Positions 36,976 to 49,866 of a stretch of DNA of 64,000 nt are shown here, piece by piece. How positions within the stretch are numbered: position 1 is the first letter of the stretch; each line of letters starts with the position of its first letter. Made by a program: the position numbers and the translations under genes. The stretch covers positions 209,250,001 to 209,314,000 of the forward strand of contig NC_135881.1 of NCBI RefSeq assembly GCF_964194155.1, read 5' to 3'. This stretch comes from Cetorhinus maximus (lineage: Eukaryota). The notes beneath the pieces are model-generated. The model made no database searches. It saw only the letters and a program-made list of their open reading frames with translations, and was not told where the DNA came from.

Positions 36976-37389
36976 CAAGCAAAACCAGTTTTACAATTTG
37001 ATTTGACTTTGCATGATGATTCATTCAGAGGGAAGAATTAGACCATGCCCAACAACTGGTAAATATGTGTGCTGCAAAGGCAGTGTCACATGATCCAAAT
37101 GGGTGCTCACAACTCATTGGTTCAGAAATGGTTGGAATGGAGCATCTCCTGGAGAATGACGTGAACTTTTTTCTCAAGTTTCAAGTCACAAATTTCTGGA
37201 AATAAGATTTGATTATAGCCAACATCGTGCTAATAAGCCTATCTCCTTAACCAATGAAGCAATAGGATAGTGATCACAACAGAGGAAATGGCGGAGATGT
37301 AAATGGGATAGTTTAGAGACAGAATGAGAAATAAAAAGAGGGAAAAAAAGAAAGTGGATTAAAGAGAGATACATAAAACAAACATTATC

Positions 37390-40045
37390 GAACATAAGAA
37401 TGTAAGAAATAGGAGCAGGAAAAGACCATACAGCCCATCGAGTCTGCCTCGCCATTCAAAATGATCATGGCTTATTTTGGGCTTGAACTGAACTTCCCCA
37501 CCTCCTCCTTATATCCCTTGATTCACTGAGCGAAGAAAGATCTGTTTATCTCAGCCTCAAACATATTCAGTGATGGAACATCCACAGCCTTCTGGCACAG
37601 AGAATTCCAAAGATTCATAACCCTTTGATTGAAGAAATTTCTCCTTATCTCAGTCCTAATTGATCGACCCTTTATCCTTGAAACTGTGCCCCCTTTTCTA
37701 GATCCCCCAGCCTGGGGTAACAACCTCTCAGTATTTACCCTATCAAGTCCCTTCATCACCTTGAAGTTTTCAATCAGACCACCTCTTATTCTTCTAAACC
37801 CTGGAGAATTATAGATCCAATTTACTCACCTTCATCATAGGACAACCATTTCATTCCAGAGACAAATCTAGTGAACTTTTGCTGTTTTGCCTCCAATGCA
37901 AGTATATCCTTCCTTAAATGTGGGGATCAAAATTGCCCACAATATTCCAGATGTGGTCTCACCAAAACCCAGTACAATGTAGCAAGACATATTTATTCTT
38001 GTACTCCAATCCCCTTGCAATATAGGTCAACTTGACATTTACATTCCTAATTGCTTGCTAACTTCTTGTGTTCCTTGTAGAGTACACCCAAGTTGCTCTG
38101 ATCATCAACATTTACAAGTTTTACCCTTTTAGCATTTATTCTACTTATCTATTCTTATGACCAAAGTGAATAGCCTCAGACTTCCCCACATTATGCTCTA
38201 TCTGCCATCTTGTTGCCCTTAACCTATCTATATCTCAGCCTCTTTGTGTGCTGCTCCATTTGCATTTCCACCTAGCTTTGTATCCTCAACAAGGTTAGAT
38301 ACATTACACTCTGTCTCTTTGTCTTAGTCATTGATATCGATTGTAAATAGTGGAGCTCCAGCACTGATCCTAGCAGCACTGCCCCAGTCACAGCCTTCCT
38401 ACTTGAAGATGCCCCATTTATCCCTACTGTCTGCTTCCTGCCCATTCTTCTGCCCATGCTAACAAATCACCCCCAACCTATCTTGTATATTAATCTTTTA
38501 AATGCTATCTTATCGAACGCCTTCTGATAATCCAAGTATGTTACATCTTTATCTACCCTACCAGTTACATCCTCAAAAAACTCTAATAAATTTGGCAAAC
38601 AAATTTTCGTAAAACCATGTTGACTTGTTCTTATCATACTATACTTTTCTAAGCATATTGTTAAGACTTCCTTAATCATACATTATAGCACTTTTCTGAT
38701 GACTGATGTCAGACTAACTGGCCTGTAGTTCCCTGCTTTTCCCTTTCCCTCCTTTCTTGAATAGCAGTGTTACATTTGCGAACTTGCAATCTGATGGCAC
38801 TCTTCTGGAATCTAGGGAACTTTGGAAAATCATAGCCTGTGCATCCACTATCTCTGCAGCAATCTCTTGTAGAACCTTAAGATGCTGGCCATCTGGTCCT
38901 GGGTACTTGTCAGATTTTAGGCACTTGAGTTTCTTCGATATATTTTCTCTGCTGATACCTTAGTTTCCTCACTCTTTTTAGCCCCTCTGTTTCTGGTATG
39001 TAATTTTAGTCTTCTATGGTGAAGACAGACACAAAAGATTTGGTCAATGTCTTTGCCATTTCTTCATTTCACTTGATCATTTCTCCTGTCTTTGCTTTTA
39101 AGGGATCACTACTGCTACTCTCCTTTCATAAGTTCTAAAAGCTCTTACAATTTGTTTTTATATCCCTAGCTAGATTACTCTCATATTCAATTTCTTTCCC
39201 CTTTTTATTAACTTTTTGGTGGCCCTTCACTAGTTGCCAAAACTCTCCCAATCCTCAATTTACTACTAGTCTTTGCAACATTGTTAGCCTCCTCTTTTAA
39301 CCTAATATTATCCTTTTTAATTTATTTGTTCATGGGATGTGGGTGTCACTGCCTGGTCCTGCATTTATTGCCCATCCCTAATTGCCCTTGTTCAGAGGGC
39401 ATTTAAGAGTCAACCACGTTGCTGTGGGTCTGGAGTCACATGTAGGCAAGACCAGATAAGGATGGCAGATTTCCTTCCCTAAAGGACATTAGTGAACCAG
39501 ATGGGTTTTTATGACAATTGTCAATAGTTTCATAGTCATCATCAGACTTTTAATTTTTATTGAATTCAAATTCCACCATCAACCATGGTGGGATTCGAAC
39601 CCAGAACATTACCCTGGGTCTCTAAAATACTAGTCTAATGACAATACCACTATACCACCTTAGCCTCCTGTTGAATATTTTGAATTGTTTCTTAACTGTT
39701 TTCCACTTTATGTTTACCACCATTTCTTTTAGTCTATTTATCCAATCAGCCTTGGTCAGTTCTCCTTTTATGCTTATGTAATTGTCTTAGTTTAAGTTTA
39801 AGATTCTTGTTTGTGGTTGGAGTATATAATTTTCAGACTTAATGTGGAATTCCATTGTGTTATGATCATTATTTTTACTGTGACATTAACTCTGCCTCAT
39901 TGTACCATACTAGATCTAAAATAGCTTTATCCCTAGTTGGTTCCAAAACATATTGCTCTGTTACAACTGTCACAAAAGTATTTGATAAACTTATCTTGTA
40001 GACCACCTTTGTTAATTTAATTGTCCATGTCTATCTGAAGATTAA
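37390..40045 (-). mobile_element. CR1 LINE (RT and part of the endonuclease region), interrupted by a SINE
   Basis: 'QHGF...LPNLLEFFEDVT...YLDYQKAFDK' and 'RRNFFNQRVMNLWNSL'; tail 'gaacataagaa'. Confidence 0.88.
39314..39660 (-). mobile_element. Full-length tRNA-derived SINE (LINE leader + LINE tail, shorter junction)
   Basis: Minus strand A-box 'tggtatagtgg' and B-box 'gggttcgaatccc'; junction 'gccctctgaa|caagggcaattaggg'. Confidence 0.9.
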
Positions 40046-41464
40046 AGATTAAAAAAAGAAAGGAAAGCAAAAGCATGATTTAAAAAAACACAGATCAAGA
40101 GAACATTGTAACCCAGTTATGCTTGGGAATTATAGTGTTGGACCTTGTGAAGTTACTTGTGAAACACAGGATACGTGTGTTAAATATACAAACATTCTTG
40201 ACTGTGAAGTGCTGAAGCAATAGGATTATCATAATCAGGAACATGGGAATTCTTGGACGAGAAAGGACAAAGGCCCATTTCGTTCACCTTTTACCTTCCT
40301 AGTTGTTACATGAGACAATAATAAGTTGTTGACTAATCACAATGATCTATGTCTATAAATTTCTGTATGACAGACCCAGACATGTTAGCTTTTGAATTAA
40401 TTCTTTCCAGTTACCATTTCTGAGTGTCGAGACACTTTGCATCTTGAAAATTATTGCTTTCCGACACGAACAGGAGGGTGACTGGCACAATTGACTCAGA
40501 AATACTGCCAGAATACACAAAAAAGAAATATAAAATATAAAAGAGCAATTTACTGTCCAAAGGATCGAAACTCCACAGATTTGTTAATTCCTTTAGGCCT
40601 CCAATGTTGTAATGCCCGTACCCTAAATTATACCATTAACGGGATGCTCACCAATTGAATCCCCAGTTCACGGCAGTGAGATTTATTTGCATTATAGTGT
40701 AAGTCCTGAAATTTGATGACATACAATGAACTTCATGAGGGAGGGTCAGAGAGTGATTGCAATTTTTTGGTTTTGTTGAGACTAATGGCGGAGTGGCGCA
40801 AATCAACAGCAATTTGTGGAGCCTATTATCTTCTTCGTCACAGATACTCAATTTGGTTTTTACAAACTAATAATGCCCAACATCCTGAAGCTGCTAATAT
40901 TTGTCTCAGTAATTTCAGGGTCGTTTTGATGATGTAGCTAGCAATACCCATACTGTTCATTAGCTGCCTGACAGTGGGGTAGGGGACGTTGGAGGTGGGA
41001 ATTCAGGCATCGGTGGGAGTTTGTGATATGATGTATTGTAACAGTATGGATTAGGATCCAATATAAGTTTGCAATGATAGGCCAGTGGTTTGGGGGATGA
41101 GGTGTGATTGCAGGGTGGTGATGGGTGGGTGTTGGAATCATTATTCAGCATTTGGTAGGTTGTGAAGGCCTACATTATGGTGCTTGGAAATGGGGATATT
41201 ATTATGAGCTACTGGAAGGAGGATGTGTTTCAGGCATAAAGGAAGATTATTGTGCTGATTAGAGAGGTCCCATAAATGACCAAGCAGACAGCGAACTGTA
41301 TGCGAGGACTTGTGCTGTAAACACGTGCCTTGGCAATAGGGCCATAGCAGATGAGATTCGAGCGGTTTATCGGTCAATCAGCAAATGACAAGATTCCATG
41401 GGCAGAGGTGTAGGTTTCACACTTACACGGTGATGTCCATTGGATCAAAGGAATGATTGGGGCA

Positions 41465-41745
41465 AAACAGGTTGCATTTGTATAGCGCCTTCCATAACCT
41501 CAGTATGTCCCACAGTGCTTTACAGCCAGTGAGGTACTTTTGAAATGTAGTCACTGTTGTAATGTAGGAAACACAACAGCCAATGTCTGCACCGCAAGCA
41601 TCCACATCAGTAATGTGATAATGACCAGATAATCTGTTTTAGTGATGTTGATTAAAGGATAAACATTGACCAGGGCACTGGGGAGAACTCCTCTGATGTT
41701 GTTTGAATAGTGCCATGAGTGGCTTTACCTTCAGCTGAGAGGGAA
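41465..41745 (-). mobile_element. Deu-domain SINE (SacSINE1/AmnSINE1-related), 3' part
   Basis: Minus strand 'catggcactattc...ctcccagtgccctggtcaa...cagattatctggtcatt...ggcgctatacaaatgcaa' with an L2-type tail; second copy at 49595-49866. Confidence 0.8.
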
Positions 41746-42949
41746 AATGGAGCCACAGCTGATACTGGCAAAGATGGAAAGAGGAGCTTAGCACAGGAGG
41801 AAAGGAGGTGGGATGCAGCCCTTGAATTTGTCAACAGCCAAAACAACAAGTGAAAAGTTTTAACTTTGTTTGCAGCTTAAAAACCATACCTGGTTTAATT
41901 CCTGCTACCCATGTGGCTGAATGAGCAAGGCCTTGGGTGCTCTATTGTGACACTCAATGTTCGGGCCTACAACTAGATGCAAATAATGGGACCTAACGCC
42001 TGTTTGAATCATCTCTGCTACACTGAGTTGCTGTGAGACAGCCACCCCATTCAGTCATGTCATTCAGGGAACTGGATTGACATACGATCGAACACAAAGG
42101 CTACTAAAAAGAAAATATCCTCCCAACTTCACATGCAAAGCTTACATGCCGCTTTTGACCATCACTTGACTCCTCATCGTGACCTCGACTTTTGCGAACC
42201 CCGATCCTGACCTTTGCTTCCCATCGCTATCTCTACTCCCACGGATTATGACCCTGACCTCCAGTGCTTCACCGCGACCTCATCGATTGCTGTTTCCTCA
42301 CCCCCTGTTGATCAACCCTCCATCTCAAACTTGGTACCCCTAATCACTGCTGTTATTGTCCTTGATTCCAGCTATTACCCTCTTCCTCCTGAACACCCCT
42401 CTCCCAGACTCCCCTCTCTCTTGGTTCCCTCTAAAGATTTACTGAAACCAGTCAGGAAGCCTTGTAATGTCCATTAAAGATCTACAACATACTGGCTTGA
42501 TTATAATGGGAACAGAGGCCCGATATGAGGTGTGTCTTGGGCCTTTCCATTCTGGCACTGGAATCATCTCCTGCTTATCCCATTGTGAGACATGAAGAAA
42601 CATCCCCCAAACCATGAGATCACTGGAGGACAATTTAACAAGAGAAGTTCTATGCAAAATCTGTTCCCAGACTCCCCATGTGGTAAGCTTTAAGGCAGAA
42701 ATTACAGCAATATTAGGTTATTTACCTCTGTCACTGTCAGTTACCACCCTTTGGGGTAATTTTCTTAATCAAGTGGAGGCAGACACGCAGGGAGTTAAAT
42801 CCCAATGTTATTCTGCCCTCTTCCAGTTTCTCCAGGATCGGGTTCTGAGGCAAGAGGAGAAAGTGAATTATTCACACTCTCTACAGCAGTAACTCTTTCA
42901 AGTTATCGACAGATCGCATGTAACTCTTTCGAGTACGTTCACAGTTCTT

Positions 42950-43030
42950 GGTTTCCGGGAGTGGGACATGAACCCACAACCTTCTGATTCAAAGGCGAGG
43001 GTGCTATGAACTGAGCCACAGCTGACACCT
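42950..43030 (-). mobile_element. tRNA-derived SINE head fragment
   Basis: Minus strand 'gtgtcagctgtggctcagt...cagaaggttgtgggttcatgtcccactcc' with A and B boxes. Confidence 0.75.
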
Positions 43031-43199
43031 CAAAGGCAAGAGGAGAACCCCTTTCTGTCTGTCAGGAAACCAACTAATCCAATTAAAAAGACAGTTAAGA
43101 GTCTTTTAACCATGGGTCAGGTGAGAGGCTGCTGTTCATTGCATTTTTCTCCCAGATGACTATCACTGATTGACAGATGATTGGTCACTTATTGGAAAA

Positions 43200-44400
43200 C
43201 ACTTCACCTCTTGAGCACTTCACTCACCCTGAGCTGCATTTTCCTGATGCCAGCCTTGGCATGGCATGGGAGTGAGCTATGCAGCTCCGCCTTCCACATA
43301 TGATGAGGGGAAAGAGCAGAGATCACACCACCACCACCCACACCTCCACAGGAGCAGGAGCAACACCAGCAGCAATTCCAGGTACCTTTCCCCAGCCAAA
43401 TGTTCCTCCAACGGCAGAGGAGATGGGCACCAAGGTTCAACTGGAGTGGAGGTGAGACCCCCCAATACAGGGTCTACAGGCAGAGGATCAGCTCTCCAGA
43501 CATGTCTGATCACCAGGGCCTCAGGAGGCTCAGACTCTCATGACAGGTCACTGTTGATATCTGCAGCCTCCTGGAACAAGACCTCCTTCCCAGTGGAGCA
43601 GGTAGGAATGCATCGCTGTCACTGGAAGGCCATCCTCCACCTCCTACCACCCCCCTACCCTCGGGTCTCTGCATCCCTTCCTTCTCCTGCAAGGAGAGAA
43701 AGCAGAGGTGGGAGTGTTCGGAATGACATGTGTGGAGAGGATGGAAGGACACCGTTTGTGAACCATGAGGCATTGGGAGGAGGGCAGGAGAGTGAGGGTG
43801 AGTGTGAGTGTTGAATGTTCAGATGGGGATGTGAGCTGCTTGCAGGGAGAGGAATGAGTGGAACTGCAAGTTGTGTTGCTGTGAGGAATGCTGTGCAGGA
43901 GAATTCTGGGCAAGTCATAGTGTGGAGCTTCACACCTGTAAGTGTTATGCCATTCACATGTCTCACCCATCTGAGGTCCTGTTGGTACTGTCTCCAGGAT
44001 GGATGCACCACATTCTTTCCATTCAATTCCTCAGCCACTTCCATCCACACCTGATTGGTTGGAGAGGTTGCCCTCTTCCTCCTGCCCTTGGAAAATCTCA
44101 ATTCACTGCAGCCCCTTCGCATCCTCCAGGTAAAATTGAGAGACCAAAGGAGCAGCCTCCCCAGGTCTCCTCTCTATGCCTGTGGTTGTCACAGTCGCAA
44201 AAACCCAAGTACTGGGAAGCTTCTCTGAAACATCCCCTGGTCACTTTAATTAGAAATGCTTCCTTTGACAGAACAGGTGTGTCACCCAGGACTCATCCTA
44301 ACTGGTTAGATAGGCCGGAGACAGGGTGCTAATGCCATTGCCGTGGGAGAGAGCCTTAGCAAAGCCTATCGATTAGAAAATTAGGTTCTCAACCCCAAAA
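43200..44400 (-). mobile_element. Harbinger non-autonomous derivative with a Myb/SANT-like ORF remnant
   Basis: 'RFS...WMEVAEELNGKNVVHPSWRQYQQDL' resembles a Harbinger Myb/SANT protein, followed by a GT donor-like site near 43965. Ends are uncertain. Confidence 0.6.
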
Positions 44401-45104
44401 TGGTTCTGCCATTCGGGCAAAGACTCGGTCCAGAAGCTCCCACCTTTTATGTCAGTTAGCACTGCGTGGTAATTCAGTGTAACAATCTTCCCTAGCTGTG
44501 TTATTGGGAAAGATATTCCTATGATGAAACTTTGTGAATAGTTTGTACCTGTTTTTGTAGTGCTTACCTTGCTACACAGTGAGGTGCAGAAATGAAATGT
44601 AGTGGTGACCTTTACATGGACAGGTAGTGCATTACTTCTGTCAGGGCTAGACTTGAGATTTCCCTTATGGTCTTCCCAGAGGACAACCATTGCTTGGTTA
44701 TTGAATCCAGTAGCTCCAGATGGCAAATGTCTAACTGATCAGGAGAAGGAAAATATTAACACTGCAGTGAACTAACTGAATTGAAAATTCATCTAGTTTT
44801 ACAGCAGTCGCTGAGATTGGGTGTTTTGCCATAACACTACGAGTAGAAAATGGCCTGGGGGGAACCCTGGGCTGGAAATGAATGTTAGTGAATTTAATAG
44901 AGTATATGTTCCTGGTTGGCATATGCACCTCGTCTTACCCATAGGCTTATGTTAGAGGCCATAGATGGATACCTGACCTTTAAGTGAGTCGTCTTTTATA
45001 TAAAGTAAAAGCAATTAATCTCCCCTCTCCTGAAAATGTTGGCTTTGGTTATGGTAAAATTCCAAGGAATTCTGTCAACCTCCAAGTTTGAGCATAAATA
45101 TCCT

Positions 45105-45810
45105 GACGACTGGATTTAGTGCGGGTGGTGATGGCCCTGACCATAAGCAGGGACGCTGGGGGCAACCCCACCCATTTGTCTATCCATCTTGCAGCTAATG
45201 AGCTGCCATCAGGGACCCTGTAGCTTTTTACGGATGAGATCCCACTTCCAAGATCTGCCAGGCAATCAGAGTCTCCTGCTCCTGGCACTGCCATCAGGAG
45301 GGTAACTACTGCTGGAGCAGGACCCAGCTGATGGACTTACCAATGGACGCTGGCCTTGAGGCAAGGTAAGTGGGTCAGGGTTTGCCAAGGTCAGTCAGGC
45401 AGGCCACGGTGACAGGTTGGGGGGTGGGGGTGGCGATTGGTGAGGGCAGGCAGCCATTGGTGCTGATGGGAGGGTGGGGGGGGGGTCTCTCTGTGGGCCA
45501 CAGAGTGTCCAATTAGGAAGGCCACACCCCTGAGCCTGCACCCCTGAGACCGGCAGTCTCCCCATGTGGCAGTGGACACATCCGGAACTGGTAAAATGCT
45601 AACAGTGGCAGGAGGAGGCCCTTAACTAGCCCCTTGAGCACCACAATTGGCCTTCAGGCAGGAGGGGAATCTCCCCGCTGCTGATAAAATGCCATGCTGG
45701 CAGGGAGACAATGGGCACTCCACTTCCCAACCCTCCCTCCCAATTCCCCACGATCCCTGCCTGTCACAACCTTCCTAACCCCTTCCTGCAGGACCAATAA
45801 AATTCTGCCT
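45105..45810. mobile_element. Old Harbinger-type MITE
   Basis: Right end 'aaaattctgcct'; internal 'ggcccttaa...ttggcc' motifs shared with the other MITEs. Confidence 0.45.
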
Positions 45811-45814
45811 TGAG

Positions 45815-46060
45815 AGTCTCATCAGCTTTCTGTCCATGATGCTCATCAAAGCCATGTCAATCAGAACACACGCTTCCCAGCGAGGGTCAATGGATAATGA
45901 TCCAGAACAGGAATTCTGGCTGATTCACCCCCGCCTAGCCTGTTATCTTTACCAGTGCAGCTGCTCAGACTGAGATCAATTAACCGGCCACAGGCTGGGC
46001 ATTCAATCTGGGACTTTCCTGACCTGAATGACACAGCAAGACACTGAGCAATTCAAAGTC
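45815..46060 (-). mobile_element. Ancient tRNA-derived SINE, LF-SINE-like head
   Basis: 'ctgagatcaattaac...aatctgggactttcctg...cactgagc' resembles a reverse-complement tRNA/LF-SINE-type head. A similar remnant lies at about 25370-25510. Confidence 0.4.
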
Positions 46061-47039
46061 AGCCACACACATCTGCTTGGAGCAATTGGTAGAATAGGAA
46101 AAGATCACAGGATACAACCACTCAACTTCTAACATTCACCAGAAAATTAAGTGGCCATTCAACAGCGTGTAGTATTTTGCTGACCATCGATTTGTCAGTG
46201 ATCTGTCCCACGTCAACTGTCCGAGCTGGTTCACTGCACATCCCCCTGTGATTACACATATAATGGTGCCTATCGGATACGCTGCACAGATGCTCCATTA
46301 ATTATACTTTCGCTAGGATATCCATGGCTCTAGGTAAAAGCACAGCTGTTATTTAATCTTACGGTACTTTTCATTCACACTGAAGGAGACGGTATAAGTG
46401 GAACAAGGTGACGATTTCACTATGCATTTTGCATGAAGCTTATCTGAATTGTTGTTCTTATCTGACGAGGGTATAAATTATATCCAGCTCTGTGGTTTAG
46501 GAGGTGGATTTAAACAAAGATGATGCTGATTTTTTTTTTGCATATTTTCCAATTTGTCCCTGCCCCTGATGGGTGTAGGTGCAGTTTGGAAAATGATCCC
46601 TATTTGCCTTGAGCTGCCCCCAATCAAGACACTAAAATCCCCTGAGCTGAAGCATATAGTTAGAGTTGGATTGTGGCTGTCTGATGAATGAGTTTCAAGT
46701 TAAGTGTTTAGTAGATGCAACAGCTTTGCACAGTGTGTGAAATTTATTATCAGCTGTCTTCCAAAGGGCTCATATCTCTCCGTCTGTGTGCTCTGACTCC
46801 ACCTGACTGGCAAAACCCTTCTGCCTGGGATTGATGAGTTTACAGTGCTGCTCAGATGCTGCCATTTTTCAATAGGGCTGCAAATTAGGCTGCGAGTCTT
46901 TTGTTTTTATTAATTAACTTTCTTGGACAGAGGCACTGTGCTTCCCATAATCATTTTTACTTTGCCCTGAAGTACTTGAGAAGAAACGAAAAGGAAGAAA
47001 GAGAAAGAGAGAGAGAGGGAAAGAAAGTATGAGAGATGA

Positions 47040-47232
47040 AAAGGAAAGGAGTCACAGCCATAGCCAATCAGAGACGGAGCCCTTTAGACGTGCAGAAACT
47101 GTTCATCTGAGATTAGAGATTTGAAATCACACAGTCGCATGCCTCTCAAAGGACTAGGATCAGCGGAGACGCTAGTGAATTGAAAAGCCTGAGTACTTTG
47201 TTAAATATTAGGGAAAATCACACAAGGTAAGA
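47040..47232 (+). promoter_or_regulatory. Candidate host-gene promoter and non-coding first exon
   Basis: Purine tract 46978-47050; NF-Y-type 'agCCAATcag' (CCAAT 47064-47068); 'gacgtg' 47087-47092; strong donor 'AAG|GTAAGA' after 47226; lies in a TE-poor stretch. Confidence 0.45.
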
Positions 47233-48422
47233 CTGATTCCATTGGTAGATTCTGAATTGCAGTAGGATAATATTTTATTGTCATTTAATTTTTGGAGGAG
47301 AAAATGGCAGGTTTGAGGTATGAAGTAGAAATAAGCTATTGGATAGATTTTTAAATTGATCGCTTGCATTCTGATTTTACTTGGACTGCTGTGTTTTAAA
47401 TATTAATTCAATATTTAGTTGATCAGGCGTTCAAGTGTGATCTTCCCTGATGTATTAAAGACCAACATTTCCACTTCAAATGGAGGCACTACACGCTGTA
47501 TGAGACAGCAGCTTTCACTAAAGAAAAAAGTGAATCTAAAAAAAAGGTTTTTAAATAGATAGGTGAAATTATTTAAATACCAATCCACAAAGTGCTTTAT
47601 AAAAAGTCTTCCAAGTGTTCACTTTAGGTAATGAATATTCTACTTTTAACAACAGGAACGATTAAATGTGCCAAGCAATTAGGATTTGGGACTTTTAATG
47701 GACTACCAAAAGTTTTAAATATATCTTCACCTTCTTATTTAGTTTTCACATCTATTTAATATTTTATTTGTAGTTGTCTTGCAGGATGATGTTGATGTAT
47801 AAAATTAACACATTTTGGGAGGTAATAAGCAAAGCAGTGATTTTATTGCCAATCTATTGCCATACAGCAAGTGATAATGATGTGACTCACTTTATATAGC
47901 ATGGGCTAGCCTGGTGATAACACTTTGGTACCATTTGGGTAAGAACTGCAACTGGGTCAACTATTTGGAACAAATCAAGTTAATTTTGGAAAGTAATTCC
48001 AAAGTTTCATCTGGAAGAACCAGCCTTTAATTTGGCATTGGTCAGTGCACTGAAAATCAGAGTGACCATCATGTGCAATTGTAGAAATGGCAACAATGAA
48101 CCTTTTATGCTGATGAATGGGAAAACATGCACACATGTTGAAAATTAGCATGCATCTTGTCGAACAATGTGTTCTGTCCATCACAAGCAGTTTGCGTTGC
48201 ATTACAGTACATTTACTGAATGGATACGTTTGGCATAAAACTATTTCAAGGACATAATTGCACACTTCTGACATCAGCTAGAATGCCCTTCGTATGAATA
48301 TCAACAAATGTTCAACAAGAGAAAAAAAAGTCAAACCAAACAGAACATTTCAGAAATAATTGCAGATCCACCCACCTGCCATTTTGAAAGGACTAGTTTA
48401 TACTGACTTGACCTTCAACTGC

Positions 48423-48617
48423 ATCGCCATTCCTTCACTGTCGCTAAGTCAAAAACTGGAACTCCCTCCCTAACAGAACTGTGGGTGTACCTGGACCACA
48501 TGGACCCCAGCCGTTCAAGGAGCCAGCTCACCACCACCTTCTCAAGGGTAATTAGGAATGGGAAATAAATGCCAGCCTAGCCAGGGATGTCCACAACCCA
48601 AAATCACATTTAAAAAT
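48423..48617 (+). mobile_element. 3' fragment of the tRNA-headed LINE family
   Basis: Matches 16215-16400. Confidence 0.85.
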
Positions 48618-49594
48618 AGTTGGGCTGTGTTGGCATAGTTTGGTAATGGAAAAGGAAGAGACAACATTGAAGACAAAACTGAAAAGGTGTTCCTCACTCA
48701 ACTAGAAAACAATCCAATTAAATTAGATATTATTAATCTGTCAGTATCTTGTTTGGCAGAACAGATAATATGTACAAGACAATTAATTTGTTAAGTCTAA
48801 CCAACTAATTGTAAAACTAACATATGCCTTCGTTTCAAAAGGAAATGACTGCCAGACTTTGACAGGACTGTCCTATGAAGGATAGTCCTTGCTGGTACCA
48901 GGAGAATTGGGAGGAACATCCGTGTTACAGGACAGTGGATATTAACTCCCCCTTCCTTGTGAAAAAGCCTTAACGGAGCTTTGAACATATAAAATCTGAA
49001 AGGTTGTTCGGTAGAATTGCTGATTACACAACAGTGGATCGAGCAGATTGCCCGACAGTGCATCTGTTTTTCCAACTGTCTTGATGGCCTGATGTTACCC
49101 AGTCTCCCTGTGCCATACATGACATGAATCAACAAGTTAGTAATCATCCTGCTAATCCCACCAACGTTTCCTCACAATTCCTGAAAATGGGAAAACAAAG
49201 TGTGTGTGAAGATACAAATGAAGTGAGCAAACGTTCTGGTTGCTGTCAGTTTGTGGACTTGCATGATAGTTCTTCATGGCCTCCTCCACACTGTTCTGGG
49301 ATATTCAAGACAGGCACACCTGCTCCTTATTATAATATGTTCCCTTTGTTTCCTGTAACAGAACTCAAAGGTTTTGGGTTAGCCTTGGCAGATGAGGTAA
49401 AATACGTAACAATAATTGGCATGTCTTCTTGTCACTCAGAAACAGATAATGAATTTGCTTCCTTTGATAAATATTTTTCCTTGGCTTCAAATAACAATCC
49501 CCTCACCCAGTTCAGTGAATTTTCAGAACTTTGGTGAAGAGTCAGTCTGCAAACTGGTTATCTCTACAACCAACAGACCAGATCTAAGAAAGAA

Positions 49595-49866
49595 ATAACT
49601 TGTATTTCAACTGCACCTTTTCATAACCTCTGGAAACCCCAATACATTTCACAGCCCATGAGGTATCATTGAAGTATAGACACCTGTTGTAGGAAATGTG
49701 ACAACCAATTTGCACTCAGCAAGGTTCCACAAACAGCAATGGGTCAATGACCAGATAATCTGTTTTAGTGATATTGACCAGGACACCCTGGGGGGAACCC
49801 TGCTGCTTTTTGAAGTTATGCACTGGGATCTTTTTCACCTATCTGAGAGGGCAGCTGGGGCCTCCT
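49595..49866 (-). mobile_element. Deu-domain SINE 3' part
   Basis: Shares 'atgaccagataatctgttttagtgat' and flanking sequence with 41465-41745. Confidence 0.8.

Noticed and set aside
40640-41400. Possible Harbinger transposase remnant
   Set aside because: Only a vague resemblance; no DDE motifs or TIR pair could be identified.
43266-44332. Long overlapping ORFs (182, 155 and 153 aa)
   Set aside because: GC-rich Harbinger remnant. Only the short Myb/SANT stretch is meaningful; the rest is low-complexity or antisense.
44373-44726. 117-aa minus-strand ORF
   Set aside because: No recognisable motif or splice structure; its length is within chance expectation.
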